Shown piece by piece: positions 11,730-25,200 of a stretch of 64,000 nt of DNA. Where the stretch lies: positions 118,832,397 through 118,896,396 of the forward strand of contig CM097887.1 of assembly GCA_044892525.1 (NCBI GenBank). Reading direction: 5' to 3'. Within the stretch, counting starts at the first letter, position 1; each line of letters opens with the position of its first letter. The notes beneath the pieces are model-generated. The model saw only the letters and a list, made by a program, of their open reading frames with translations. It had not been told where the DNA came from and did no database searches. Origin of the DNA: Schmidtea polychroa. Its lineage: Eukaryota. The translations under genes and the position numbers were made by a program.

Positions 11730-12620
11730 CCAGATGATATTTCAACTTGGTTGCCGACAATTGGTAGATTTGCACTCCCGATTCTTAAAAGTATAGGAAT
11801 TTTCGTTATGAAAACTGCTAAGGATGTGATTATGAATGATAAAAAGATATTACCATCTCTGAAAACAAATGCTTTTTCCGAACTAGAAAAAGTTTTACCG
11901 CGTGTTGTTTCATAAAGATGAAAAAACAGAACCACCTGCAGCAACTGTTCCAAAACGTAAAAAACACCATGCACCACATATAAACAAACGGATGAGAGGA
12001 CATGGAACTATATTTGAAAAATGATTTGCCGTAAATCTGAATTGTGTATATTTGATCTACCTTCGCCTCAAACGGTTATTAAATATGGAGCGTTCGAAGA
12101 AGTCTTTCAAATGAATTCAATTTCCGATAGTAGAAATGATGTGGAACTTTACACCAGTGGTTCTCAAACTGAATATTTGGATTTTAATGATACTTTATTA
12201 ACTGTTCAAATCAAGGTTGTAGATAAAGGTAAAAAGATTTTGGGTGATGCTGATGCTATGATAATAATAATGTTTTGATTCATACGCTTTTTAAAGTTGC
12301 TATTCATGGATTTAATAATATCAAGATTGAAGGTGGTAACTATATATATATATTCACAGGACAATAATTGAAACTGTTTTAAATTATAATTCCGATACTA
12401 AAAATACATGTTTTACTCCTACTCAACTGATTGCAAAAGGCAAAAATGGAGTTAAGGTTCAAAAGTTTTAACTCTGTGTTCATCATTGTAATTAGACTTT
12501 CAAGATCAATCGAAAAATTTATTTCCAGGAGTCAATGTGCACATTAGGTTGAAAAGATTTGATTCAGCAAATTTTATTCTGTTAACATTTCGATCTGAAA
12601 CTCAATATAATGGATCATAT
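11730..12620 (+). mobile_element. Maverick/Polinton (adintovirus-like) fossil: small basic core-like gene + N-terminal half of the major capsid protein
   Basis: 12021: MICRKSELCIFDLPSPQTVIKYGAFEEVFQMNSISDSRNDVELYTSGSQTEYLDFNDTLLTVQIKVV, then (frameshifted) NNNVLIHTLFK..., RTIIETVLNYNSDTK and QSKNLFPGVNVHIRLKR. These match Polinton hexon consensus blocks as I recall them (KSELDLF..P.TQT.I; E...SGS..Y.D..NT.L.VK.K; NN.LHSLF; RAYIETLLNY..DAK; GV.....L.R). The upstream ORF GRFALPILKSIG...KTAKDVI...KRKKHHAPHINKRMRGHGTIFEK* overlaps the capsid start via ATGA (12021-12024). Confidence 0.8.
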
Positions 12621-13759
12621 ATACATTGCTTCAAGCTCAATTTCCTAAAAATTTAGTGTTACTTCTCTTTCATTATCAAAATATTATGATTATAGATAAA
12701 ATATTATAGATATTAACATACATTCAAGATTTTGATAATGATAATTACCGTGCTAGATATATGCAAAGTGTTGTGAGAAATATGGGTTGTTTGGATAAAA
12801 ACATGAATTGTGGTATAACTCTTGAAGAGTTCAAAACCAAATATCCATTTATTACATTTATTTTGGCATATATAATATAAGTTTGTCTTAGTTTCATAAT
12901 ATATAGAAGATAATGGCATGATCTATATTTTAATTTAGAGACTTTGGAGCTCATGCCCATGGAAATTAAGCATGTTTTGTATATACAGACCATAATCATA
13001 TTTGTGACCTACATAAAATTCTGAGTCGACCTAGATATTTTCCAGGGAGTGGAGGGTGACAATTCTATCTACTCATCATAATTTTTAATTAAAAATTACC
13101 AAATGAAGAATGGAAAACAAAATCGAAAAGTTGCGTATCTCGATAGTCTGTTAAAGATAAAGAAAAGTTTTCACCTGGAAATTAGTGAGATGGCGTCTTC
13201 TGAATATTACATATCTCAACAGCTGTCAAAGATAATAAAGGACTTGGAGATGGCCAAAAGGGAATGTACGGGAAGGAAAAATCTAAACGAAAGTCAGTAT
13301 CATTAGATTATGGAGTATAAAAGGAAATGGTTTTTTTATTTAGTGAAACTGTAAATTCTTCAATATAAAAGATTTTTGATGGGAAATAAATTTTTCAATC
13401 ACAAAACAGAAATTTTACCAGATTTTAATATAATTTGTAATAAAAACAAACTTAGTCATTGAATACTTTTTTATTTCAAATTTTTATTATTTGTTTTTTA
13501 TATTAAACTTTTTATATAAGAAAATAAAATTTGGGTTTTCACTTGGTCGATATTTTTCGAAAATTAGGGTTCCACCAATAATATTATCAACAGAATCGTT
13601 CCGATGGCAGTGAAAAGTTGAAGACCACTGGTTTATAAATTAATATTCCGTGTTACTTTTATCAATATCTCATTTTAATTAATTTATTTCTCTTGAATTA
13701 CTTTGCAACTTTTGATTTTCTGTTGATATTGCTAATATTTTACTTTTTAGATTCTCTGT

Positions 13760-14040
13760 TTTAGAATCCATGTGATTCTTTTGATTTTGTGTACAATTCC
13801 CACTATTCAGTCGTGATAACACATCTGCATTATTATCTTTTTCACTTTTGCGATATTCCAAACTTTTTATTAAGTTTATCCAATTTTGAAATTGTGCTCT
13901 AATTAAGTTTTCTTGTTAACATAAATGCGAGTGCTTTATGATCAGTTCCCAAATAATTATTTTGGGAAAATATAAAATCGATAATAATTAATTTTCGCTC
14001 TGCAATAATCTATCTCATATTTTTTCGTACACTTCGACCT
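13760..14040 (-). mobile_element. Ty3/Gypsy RNase H remnant
   Basis: The minus strand gives GTDHKALAFM followed by LEYRKSEKDNNADVLSRL, matching the TDH.AL ... Y.KG..N..AD.LSR RNase H motifs. Confidence 0.75.
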
Positions 14041-14830
14041 ATCTTTTCATTATAGAATAGAAAATTATTATAAATATTTTTATAAATTTGAATGAAATTT
14101 AAATTTCGCATTTTTTGTAATTAACAATTTGCTGCCCTTTTTTTAAAAAATAATCCTGATCTAGCTTTTCACCGAATAACTAATTGATAATATTTACAGT
14201 TTGACGGATTTTGTGACTAGACTAGATATTTGTCAAATAAACAAGCTATAATCCTTTATCGATATTTTGTTGGGCAAATTTATGAATTAGAGTTTGTTTA
14301 ATATAAATATGCCCTCGATAATACTAATGCGAGACAACGCACGAAATCAATTTAAAATCAGAGTGATACAAATAAAAGTCAAAAACACAATTTTTTATAA
14401 ATATTACAAAATAAAATTTAATTCTAAACAAAAAATTTTAAATATAAGTAAAAAGCTTTTAAAAATTTTGCTATTCGAAATATGAAGTTTTAGGAAAACT
14501 TTAGAAATACACAAATAGAATTTAATTCACAAATATACTCAAAAGAAATATTCAAAATACCTAAAATTTTTGTATTTATATTTATTTTTATAAATATACA
14601 AATACATTTTAGTTAATAATTTAAATTAATAATTAAAATCGATTTGTAAATAAATTTTAAATAGGTATTATTTTTATTAATATTTGTCTTGTGATATGGT
14701 ACAGTAACACACTGTTTAAATGGAATACAATGGATAAAATATTTATTTGAAATGGAGCTTTTTTGCTAATTAATTCTCTAATTAATATTCCTGCAAACAA
14801 GCAAATTGATAAAGAGATAAGAATTTAAAA

Positions 14831-17800
14831 CTATAATATATTGAATCTAGTACGACTTATGAGCAAGGCAGTCCCAAATCCTATCAATGTGAATGGAGTA
14901 CCAATCATAATCACCGAGAGAAATTTCCAACCCCAATTTCGATTGGATGATAAATATTTTTTATTTCGTTCTAGTTTTCCAGAATCAATATTAGTGATGC
15001 TGCTATCATCGTCACTGCCGATCCAAAATCTATGATCAAGAAATTCCTGTTCGTTGGCTAAGCTAATCCATTGTCTACAACGTCTGCGTTGTTCTCCAGG
15101 TACCATGAGACTAGAGAATCCCTCTTTTATTGGACCTTGCAAACCAGAAGGGTCAAGATTTACTCCATAAACCGCAAGAAGTGCTCCTCCTAGTATAACA
15201 GCTTCAGACATAGCTAAGCGTTCGACTCTCAATCCAGTAAGATCAGCCAATGTTTGACAAAATGCTTCACTGCGATCCAAACCTCTTCCACTGACGTTAA
15301 GAACTTTATAAGGCCTTCCAACGACGCTGGACAAAGACGTAAGAAGCTGATTAACTTCAATAGCGACAGATTCCAAAGACGCGCGTACAATATGCCCTGG
15401 GCGAGAGTTAGTAAGATTAAGACCCCATATATTGACGTGCCGATACTGGCTACGTTCAAGGGGACTGTGGGATGCCCCAGTAGTTGGAATAAAATAGCAG
15501 CCATTCGAATCGGTTACAGAATTAGCTACGCTATCAACATCCTCGGTGGTTGATGACAAATGCAAACAATCCCGGAACCAGCTCAATAAATTCTGACTGT
15601 TGTAAAGTGTAGCCTGAATAATAAATAAATATAATTAACAAGTATTTTTTCAAAATTAATGAATTGCAGATTTAAAAATAATCATAAGTAGCTGTGAGAC
15701 TGCGAAGCGAATGTCCTAAAAATCCAAAGTACAAATATAATATGAAACAATAAGTAAGCAAGTGACTCATCAATCAGTGGTACTGGTAAATAATTTATCA
15801 ATTTCTATTAGTATTTCACCGTGGGTTGGTTCACGTATACTTTATCAATACTCGAAGGTATATGAATGTGTGCAAAACTAATATTCCATTCTGAACATCT
15901 TTTCATTTCTGAAAACTGCTTTCGTAAACAAAATTATTTAATATTTGTGATAGTACTTTGAGATTTATTTTTATTCATTGTAGATCCACTAGTAAAACTG
16001 ATTCTTAATACTAAGACTCAATTTACAGGTTCATTTGGCTTCTGGGAAGAGAAACCCTCGCCTAACTGTAACAGCCTGAATGTTGTATTTCAGAAAAAAA
16101 GTAATCGGTCCCCAATCCTTTCTTTCATCTTCCGTTACTTTTATTTCTATTAATCTTTCGTCTTTGATTAAAAATAATTTATACGCTAACAAAAGAATTT
16201 TAATAATATACCAGTAATACTTTGTTAAAAAATTAATCTATACGCTAACAATTTGTCAATAGAAATCTTTCGCCTTTTACGAAATGTAAAAAATTCTTTT
16301 TTTTGATTGTCTAAAAAATTTTCCAACTTCAGTGTTTCCTTTCATTGTTGGCAATGAAGCATTTTAATGAAATCTGTAGCGAAAAACGGAAATAGATTTT
16401 GTAAGCGAATGAAAAATTTGATTATGTAGACAACATGAAATATTTGAATAATAAATGACTCTGTTTGATATTTTATAGAATGTAACACGATAATATGCCA
16501 CTGAGTCTGTAATCAGCTACCATTGACATTTTTTTCATAGAAGGATCCCTATTGGCTTTCTATACAAATCGAACCATAATTGTGTCTCATATAACCTTTG
16601 GGTGATTTTGAATAGGAATATACTATTTATTTACTTTCTTTTTATAAAATTTCAGTCGATATCTTTTAGAATTTGAAACAAAATTTCTGATAGATAAGGT
16701 GAAAATTGACCAATGTCAAAAATAGATTTTAATTAATTATTAATATTAATAAGTAATAATGAAATATTGACCTCAAGGGAGTAAACAACATTGGATTTCT
16801 TGCCGAATTGATAGGAAGCCGTGCTCAGCACATATCCTATCCCCTTTAGCATAGATCTATAGAATAATAGTTCTTCGCCGATTGTGATTGTTACATGACT
16901 GACACCAATTTTGGGATCGATATGCAGACTAACTGATCCGGGCTGTGTGGCTTGACAGCCGATAATGCTTGCCTTAATATCGCACACAGATCCCGTTATT
17001 GGTAATCCATCGATTCCGCTTGGTGAGTCTTGGGCTACTTTTCCAAATAATTCCGAACAGCTTTTGATCTCAGGCAGCATATTAATGTCGATCTCAATGA
17101 ATTTACAGATCGACGAATCCCAACAACCTCGATGCAAATTCATGAGCATTGTATAGCTGGCATTTGTTACGTCTGTTGCGTAACATTCACCTCCTGTCAA
17201 CTGCCAGAGAAGCCATGAATCTAAAGTTCCGAATCTCAGATCACCATTTTTGTATGCTTCTTGAACCGTATTGATGTTTTCAATAAGCCATTTCAATTTA
17301 ACGCCCGCCCACATGGCACTGATAGGTAATCCACACAAATGCTAAATAATAATATCAAATGATTCGTTAATTACTATATTTGTTTTCGATACAGGTATTT
17401 GATTCAAACCCTAACTGCATGTTACTGCGGTACTTATGTATAGGGTACTGATTAATGGACCCCAATCAAAGATTTTATGAGAAGCAATTGAACTAAACCC
17501 GAATTGATACTTTACACCAGTATACTGACAAATGCTGTAACTTGTCTCTCAAATTTTTTAATAAATTTCATTTTACTGACTGAATTTGAGGTCACCAATT
17601 TCAGACCACTAGGAAAGGTTTAAGTGTTATTGTAAAATGTTAGTTCTTTATCATTACTTACTCTCATAAGCCGTGCTTATTACTGCTGGAGAGTGCAATA
17701 TACGTGAATATATGAATGTTGGGAAGCGTTAGATTGCAGATGATATTTGGAGCAAATTAAAGTAAGTACGAGAATACGATAAAAAGGAAATTATTAATAA

Positions 17801-18698
17801 CCTTAAGTGATTTCAAACAAATAAATAAATTTAATACAATTGTACGAGAAGGGATCGAGAAGTACGACTTCTGTATTTTATCCCACTTATACTTAAATTG
17901 TATCCAGAAATAGCGATACAGTTTGATTAGGATTTAATTATCTAAGATAATATTCAGATGAATAAGTAAATCTGGGATTTCAATAGTAAAATATTAAATA
18001 ATTAAAAGTGTTAGATCGATTACATAATATCATAGATGACTTAATATTAAATTGATTATATAATAAATTATCAAATTTTTATGAATCCTTAAGCACCATT
18101 AAAAATCTAATAAATTCATTTTCATTGAATCAATTGTAACCTGAAAATTTGTTCTGGATTTCCTCCAAGATTTATGGATGAGTTTTTGACAGGTGTCATT
18201 GCATCTACAATCATCTTCTGCTAAAGCATTATACAAAGATTTACCAGTTTCTTTATTCCAAACAACGACAACATTTCGATTAGTACATATACTCATACAT
18301 ACAATTTTCTAAACAAAATATTTATAATTTTGATCTTTACAAATGAAAATGAACTTTAAAATCATAATTCAAAGATTTAAAATTATCTACAGCACACTTG
18401 ATGCACTTAAAAGCCTTTTCAATAAGATGTTCTGGTGATAATTCCTTACAACCTTCTCTTTTAATAATCTAAATTTTTCTAATGATAAAGTAAAGACAAA
18501 GAATTGTGAAAATACTAGATTATTAATTTCTTCGTGATAAGTTATTAATTCGCCATTTGAATTAGAAACAACGAAACATTTGGTAAAATAAAGTGATTGG
18601 TGTAGAACAATTGTATAGTAATCATTAATAGCATCACCACGACTACTTTCAGTAATCAAATAAGAATTGTCTTCATTTTTATAGATTTCAAGATTGTC
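14831..18698 (-). CDS. GK: Glycerol kinase-like (FGGY family) protein with C-terminal membrane anchor; probable pseudokinase; start codon not located
   Basis: Phase-0 exons: 18698-18516, 18468-18355, 18308-18141, 17341-16772, 15613-14831. The translation aligns colinearly to animal GK (REGCKELSPEHLIE; VVWNKETGKSLYNA; GLPISA..GVKLKWLIEN; FGTLDSWLLWQLTGG; TDVTNASYTML; GCYFIP; HIVRASLESVA; MSEAVILGGA). It ends in a hydrophobic tail, WKFLSVIMIGTPFTLIGFGTALLISR. Confidence 0.9.
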
Positions 18699-19278
18699 CT
18701 GTAAATAACAGTAAATTATTGACGCAAAATAACATTAAAAATTTTTTTTAATAAAGCACGTTAAAAATCAAATTCAATGAAGAGCATCACAATAATTGAA
18801 GTAATTAAACAACGAAACAATATCTGCAAATAATTAATTTAATTAATTCTTCTCTCAAAAAAATTGACTTGTTAAATTTTCTATTGCAGAATAAATAATA
18901 CTCAGAATTTTTTTAATTTTTTAAATGTTCAACAAGTAAACCANNNNNNNNNNNNNNNNNNNNNNNNNNNNNNNNNNNNNNNNNNNNNNNNNNNNNNNNN
19001 NNNNNNNNNNNNNNNNNNNNNNNNNNNNNNNNNNNNNNNNNNNNNNNNNNNNNNNNNNNNNNNNNNNNNNNNNNNNNNNNNNNNNNNNNNNNNNNNNNNN
19101 NNNNNNNNNNNNNNNNNNNNNNNNNNNNNNNNNNNNNNNATTAAATGCCTTAGTATTGAGTAAAATTTGTTTAGTTATGATACCTTGAATTTTCAGACTT
19201 CGTTTTAACCTTGTCATTGTTTAAATAATACATATTTAAATTTCTAAAACACCCTTTGTTTTTTAAATTATAATTAAA

Positions 19279-22200
19279 ATGGAATCTGGGGGAGATGTTA
19301 TGAGTTTGTTTGATATTACCAATATTCCGAAAACTAAGGAAAACATTGAAGTTAGTTATGCTTATTGAATTTTTTTCAGTTTTCTTGCAATGTTATTAAA
19401 ATTTATGTAACATTCTGTCATTAATTTAGAAAAGATTAAATTTAATTAGAGACTCTTTTCTTACTTTGGATTCTCGTGGAAATGATGAATATTTTAATTT
19501 AAAAACTCATTTTGATTGGTATCCATTTTGCCAAGTATAATAATAGTTCTGAAGCTATTAATATTTATTTTATAGTTTTTAATTAAAACTTCTACTCGCT
19601 TTTTTGAACTGGTTATTAAAAAGAAGTCTGCAACAACAGATTGGTATAAAACTCCAATGAATAAAAAGATTTTGGACGATATTATATATATTTATCATTT
19701 TACATTAAATAATATAGATCGTGGTAAGATGTAATTAATTGTATTGTATTTTCCCATTGTTCAGAAAATATGAATATGGATATAAATGGATTGTTAAATT
19801 ATGTTTTGAATTTAATTTCGCAAATGGCTTCTATCAATTTAGATATCGTTCAACGGTTTGTTAACTTAATATTTACTGAAGTGATTTTCGATGATAAATT
19901 TGCAATAGTAGGTGAAATTAACATTCAATTATGGGAAAGTAATATACATGGCATAATAACGTTTATTTTAACTTGTAACTAATTTAGAAGCTGAAAGTTT
20001 TTTATGTACAATTCTATTAAACATGCATGAATCTGATTCTCAGATATCAGCTCTTCTTCTTAAGAGTGTTTTTTTAATTTATAAGACAATGACTCCGTTT
20101 AAATATCCAGATTTGGGGTTAATCATTAAAACTATCAATCATATATCTAGCTGGTAATATAAAGTTAATAATATTTATTACTTCTATTTTATTATTAAAA
20201 GGAATTTTCGCCAGAATGATAAATTGGCATTGGATATCCATGGATATATATCAGCAATAATAAATCAGTTAATTCTAACAATTGGTCCTGATGCTACTGA
20301 GTGTTTGGTTAACGTTTGTGTGACACTTTCTATCAAGTCTTCAATAAAAATTTGGATGGATAATGGGAAGAGTCATGCTATGATTCAAGATCCCAATGTA
20401 AATACCGGGATAAATAGTCGATTAGAAATCGTAAAACTATGGAATAATGTATATGAATTGATAGGAGAAATCGATGGTGGTTGGACGGAACTGAATGTTT
20501 CACTATGGTTGAAGGAGGTGACGAGTTGTCTGAAAAGGGAGATCGAATATGCTGAATCCCGATCGAAATTCATAAGATATGAACATTGCGTTCCCGATTA
20601 TATATTTTACGAGTTGGCAATGAAACTGATAGTTAGATCTGAAGATGAATACGATAAAGATGTAGCAGACAGTCAGGCACCGAAACATGCCAAATCGATT
20701 ACTCTCATTGATAAAATCGTTGATAATCTGAATTCCGATTTGAGTTGCCGACAGATTTTCTGGATGCGAATGTTAGAAGTTGGATTGGATAACAGTTATT
20801 TCGTTGTTCGATGCCAATCACAAATGGCACAGATCGTCTCCGTTATAAATGCCTGCTTGAATATTGCAAATCTCAGCGCTTCGGTTTACAGTCACCTGCT
20901 GAAAATTGTTCCGAAATTCGCGGACAAAAATCTGAGCCCGGAACATTTCCGTTGCCTATTTGAAAGCATTTTCAAGTGTTTATTAAGGTAATTCAACTGA
21001 TTGACATTTCTCATGAAGGTTTCTTCTAATCAAGCATAATTATTGTGTAAATTTGGATTACAATATTCATAATTCGAAATTGTGTCCAAGCGTCATTATC
21101 GCTGATCTTGGTAACAAGAGAGCGGAGCGGGTATAACACAGTGGCGTAGCTACCATATAGCAAGAGTAAGCAATGCACAGGGGGCCTTTTTCCAAGTTTC
21201 CTTAATTTTCTTCAAAAAACAATGTCAAACAACGGAACGGTCGGCACCAGTCAACAGGGACCTCCAAATGATCGATTTGTGGTTTTATGTAATAAAGCTC
21301 CACTGTTTTGTTTACTTATTGCACAGTACATTATTTGCCTGAATTTTACCTATTCATGCAATCCCCTCTGCCTCTCGTTCGATAATAATGTACTGTATAA
21401 GCAAGCACCTTTAGTTATCTAAATAAATCGCCCATTCATATAGGGGGTGGAAAAAATTGTTTCGCTTGTCGGCTATACACATTTGTCCCTGATACATAAC
21501 TATCATTTTATAACGATTTATACTGTTATATTGTATATTGAGCTCTAATTATTTAATTAAATCGTCTTTCCAAAGAGGACCCAAAAAAATGTTTTCCCTG
21601 TGGCGCATAACTCCTCTGTAACTATAAGCCCTTCTTTTAATTAACACTCCCCTTCCCTTAAAATAAATCTTGGGTAGACCTACGCCACTGGTCTCATACC
21701 GCACAAAATAAACAAGGTGTTCCATCAAAATTTCGAGAATTACGAAGCGTTCCGTCGCAGAAAAATATTGGGAAACCCTGGTCTAATTCAATTGTGCTTC
21801 CAAAGGGTCCAAAAATTTTTCCCCTGTGGCGCTATGATGCTCCGCATCTATTTCACTTGTGTATGCAGTATAGGGGGCCCATCTATGACTCATTGCATAG
21901 GGGCCCCAAATTTCTAGCTACGCCACTGGTATGACATAACGTTGAGTAGAATACGATTAGTTTTCATTATACCAGGCTCTGTGTTAATTACTAGCAAATC
22001 CTTCATTGCACTTCCTAATTTTAATCAATTGTGAATCTGTTTATTGTTTGATTAGAGATGAGAAACCTAATGATTAATATTTGATGGAATTAATGTGAAT
22101 GTTTAGCGATTCCCAGTCACATGTGCCTCTGGTAACTGATACAGTAGCCGTTCTTATATCTATAGTCAAAACGGGATTGTTAACAACTTTACCGGAAGAT

Positions 22201-25200
22201 TTCTGGAGTAAATTAATGTCTCTACTTCCAAGCGAATCATTATTCTCCTTTGTTTCCCACGTGATCTTGCATTTCAACACGAATCAGCCTTATAGAGTAC
22301 TGATAAGTATTGAGACTTGTGTTCAATTATTGAACTGGATCCTTTCGTTTGTCTGTATTTCAACCACATCATTTTCTGATTTATCCCTACTGATAACTGT
22401 CCTAGTAAATCGTAAATCTCACAAAGCCGATTGTTATACAAAGCAATATTTCCCACATCATTATAATCACCCATTGGTCTCTGATATTTCTAACGAAAAT
22501 GCAATTAAATCATGCCTACTTAAGCACCATCCTAATTTTTATCCGCAAGCACCAATCACTGAAATGTTATCAATTAATTCTCTCGACCAATCGGGAATTG
22601 ATATTTTACTGAAATTTTTCAAAATCGTTTCATTAACCGATTCAACGAACTGGTTGATATTTATTATCCATTTCTTCCGTTCCCTTGACGGAATCGATAA
22701 TTCCAACCCGTTCCCTGACCGCATTCACATATATGTCAAGGCTATTTCATACCTGGACAGTATTGCTTCGCGTAATCCAAATTTAGCCCCATTCTTCGTT
22801 GAGGGATTATATTATATTGATTGGAAATATTTGAGTGCAGTCAAAACAAAAACCCCGCAATTATCGCAACCCATCTCAAAAATGACTGCAGCTGTAAAAG
22901 CGTCCCTTATGACAAGTTTATTATCCCATTTTCACCTGAAAGATCTTCAGCAATTTCGTGATAAATGTCGTTGTTATTTCTCGATTTTTTCCGATAATTT
23001 AAGTGAGTTTATTGAAAAATTTTTCAACTCATTTAAACTATACAATATCGATCACATTTCACTGTTGAGTGTGTTCTTAGAAATGATCGAAACCTTTAAA
23101 ATTAGAATCGAACCGGAAACAATATCCAATCTGTTGATGATTGTTAAAGAATCGTTTAAGATGTTCAAAAGAAATTATCGAGTCTATGAGAACTTAATCG
23201 AAATCTGCTTGAATATTATCAAGATTCTTTTTAATTTCGACATAAATAATCACAAAGATTTCATAAATTGCTTTCACGATCTCAGCGGCACGGTTAATAA
23301 GATCTTCGCGAGTAATTTCCCTGAGTGTCATTCCGTGGGAAGGTTATTGGCAAAATTGATGGGGTTATTGTTCGGATATTATTGGAATAATAACAGCATC
23401 GATTTTGACGCATTTCAAGCTCGATTATCGAGTATTTGTGAGTGTGTATTTTCCAATTTTTCTATTGGAAAATCATTTGTTGGGAGGCTTTCCGGGAGTG
23501 TCTTTATGGGTGAGCTGTTCAGGATTTGTCATTCCAATAAATTGCAGCGAATAAATTTGTTGGAATTTTTACTGAAAAATTTCCCCCAAAATTTCATATT
23601 GATTAACAAACAAAACCCCGCCGGATCTGATGAGATATTATACACCAATCAATGCCGCGCGAGAATATCTTCATTTCTTCTTATGTGGATTTGTTCTTTG
23701 AGTTCTGAACGTCGCGATATTTCTAAATTCGGTTCATTAATCTTGCCTTTCATTAACGGTAATATTCCTCACATCCCCATGAAACCTAAATCCATTTTGG
23801 ATTTCCTGTCGATCTTGTACAATAAATCTTTCCCTAACACAATGGATATTTCCGATTTCATTAAGGAGATTATGTTTCCATTCGTAAATGATTGGATTTG
23901 TTTGCAAGCCGATTGTCGACAACAAATCCAATTGCCGGGGAAAGTATTGATTTCGGAAATTGTTTTAAATAATCTCCGAGAATTTCTTTGGATAATTTCT
24001 TCTTGTTCCAATAAAGATAAACGTACGACAATGATAATGAATTATTTCCCATCTCCATTGATATTTGATGAGTCTCAAATGATTCTCAATAATCTACCCA
24101 ATCTCCTTTCTCGAATAATGATATTGGATTGCCTATCATTGGATAAATCATTGTCTAGGTTTGCATCCGATTATATATTTGCAATGTTTTCAATATCTGA
24201 CATTCGTAAAGTTCTCAATGAAAATATTTTCGAAACACTCTGGGAGATCGTTTCATATTTATTGGAAACATCACAAAATTTCGAAAATTTCGATAAAATC
24301 TTGAATATATTTTTCTCGAAATATTTAAATTTATCGATAAGTTTGTCACAGTGGTTGCTATTGCAATCTGGGCGATTGGTTGAGCTTGTGATGTTCATAG
24401 TAGGGAAATATGGCATTGAAATCCATGATAGATACCCAAGCATTTGGTGCATAATTATCAATATCATTATTTCATGTTGTCATGGTAACTTTCGCACAAA
24501 TACAAATAATTCCCACCTCAATGATAAATTTATCAGTTTCCTTATAGTTAGGCATATTAGGGTGCTGGAAATGTATAAAGATGAGAATGATAACGATTTA
24601 CAATTGGTATTGGTATTGAAAAAATTGATTTACTTTTCCAACCGGAACATTGAAACACCCAATCAGGATGTCAATATATTTTGGTATCAAAAAGTCTTTT
24701 ACTTTATTTCCGAATTCTCGGAGAAATATCGTAATTGCAAGTTGATATTCGATGAAATAATATCTGACCTGTTGTCGTCTCCGGTTAAAAACTGCTGTAA
24801 CATCGATGGGTTTATTTTCAACTATTCTCCGTTGATTTCTTTATTCAATCCGAAAATCGATGGAATCCAGTCCATTCGTAATATACTCATTTCTTTTGAT
24901 AAGTTCGGTTTGATAATTCTTGAAAACAAAACCAAATCATTTCGGTGTTTGTCTCAGTTTTTGCAGGATCTATTAAAATCGGAAGTAATCGATCCGTCAA
25001 TTGGGGATTTGTTACAGAAACTGAATGATATGCTTCATTTGTTTTTGGTTTCAAAAATGGAGATATTTCACTCATTAAAATCCAATGAAACATCGGATGC
25101 GATTATATCGTGTTTGATGTATTTGAAATTGCTTCTGTCACAGTTCCACATTTCTCTCAATCAGCAACTATCTGTAATGGGTAAATTTGATCAAGATCCT

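Noticed and set aside
13103-13306. 67-aa ORF as a further Maverick gene
   Set aside because: No Polinton motif is recognisable. It faintly resembles retroelement RT (KVAYL) and is not supportable either way.
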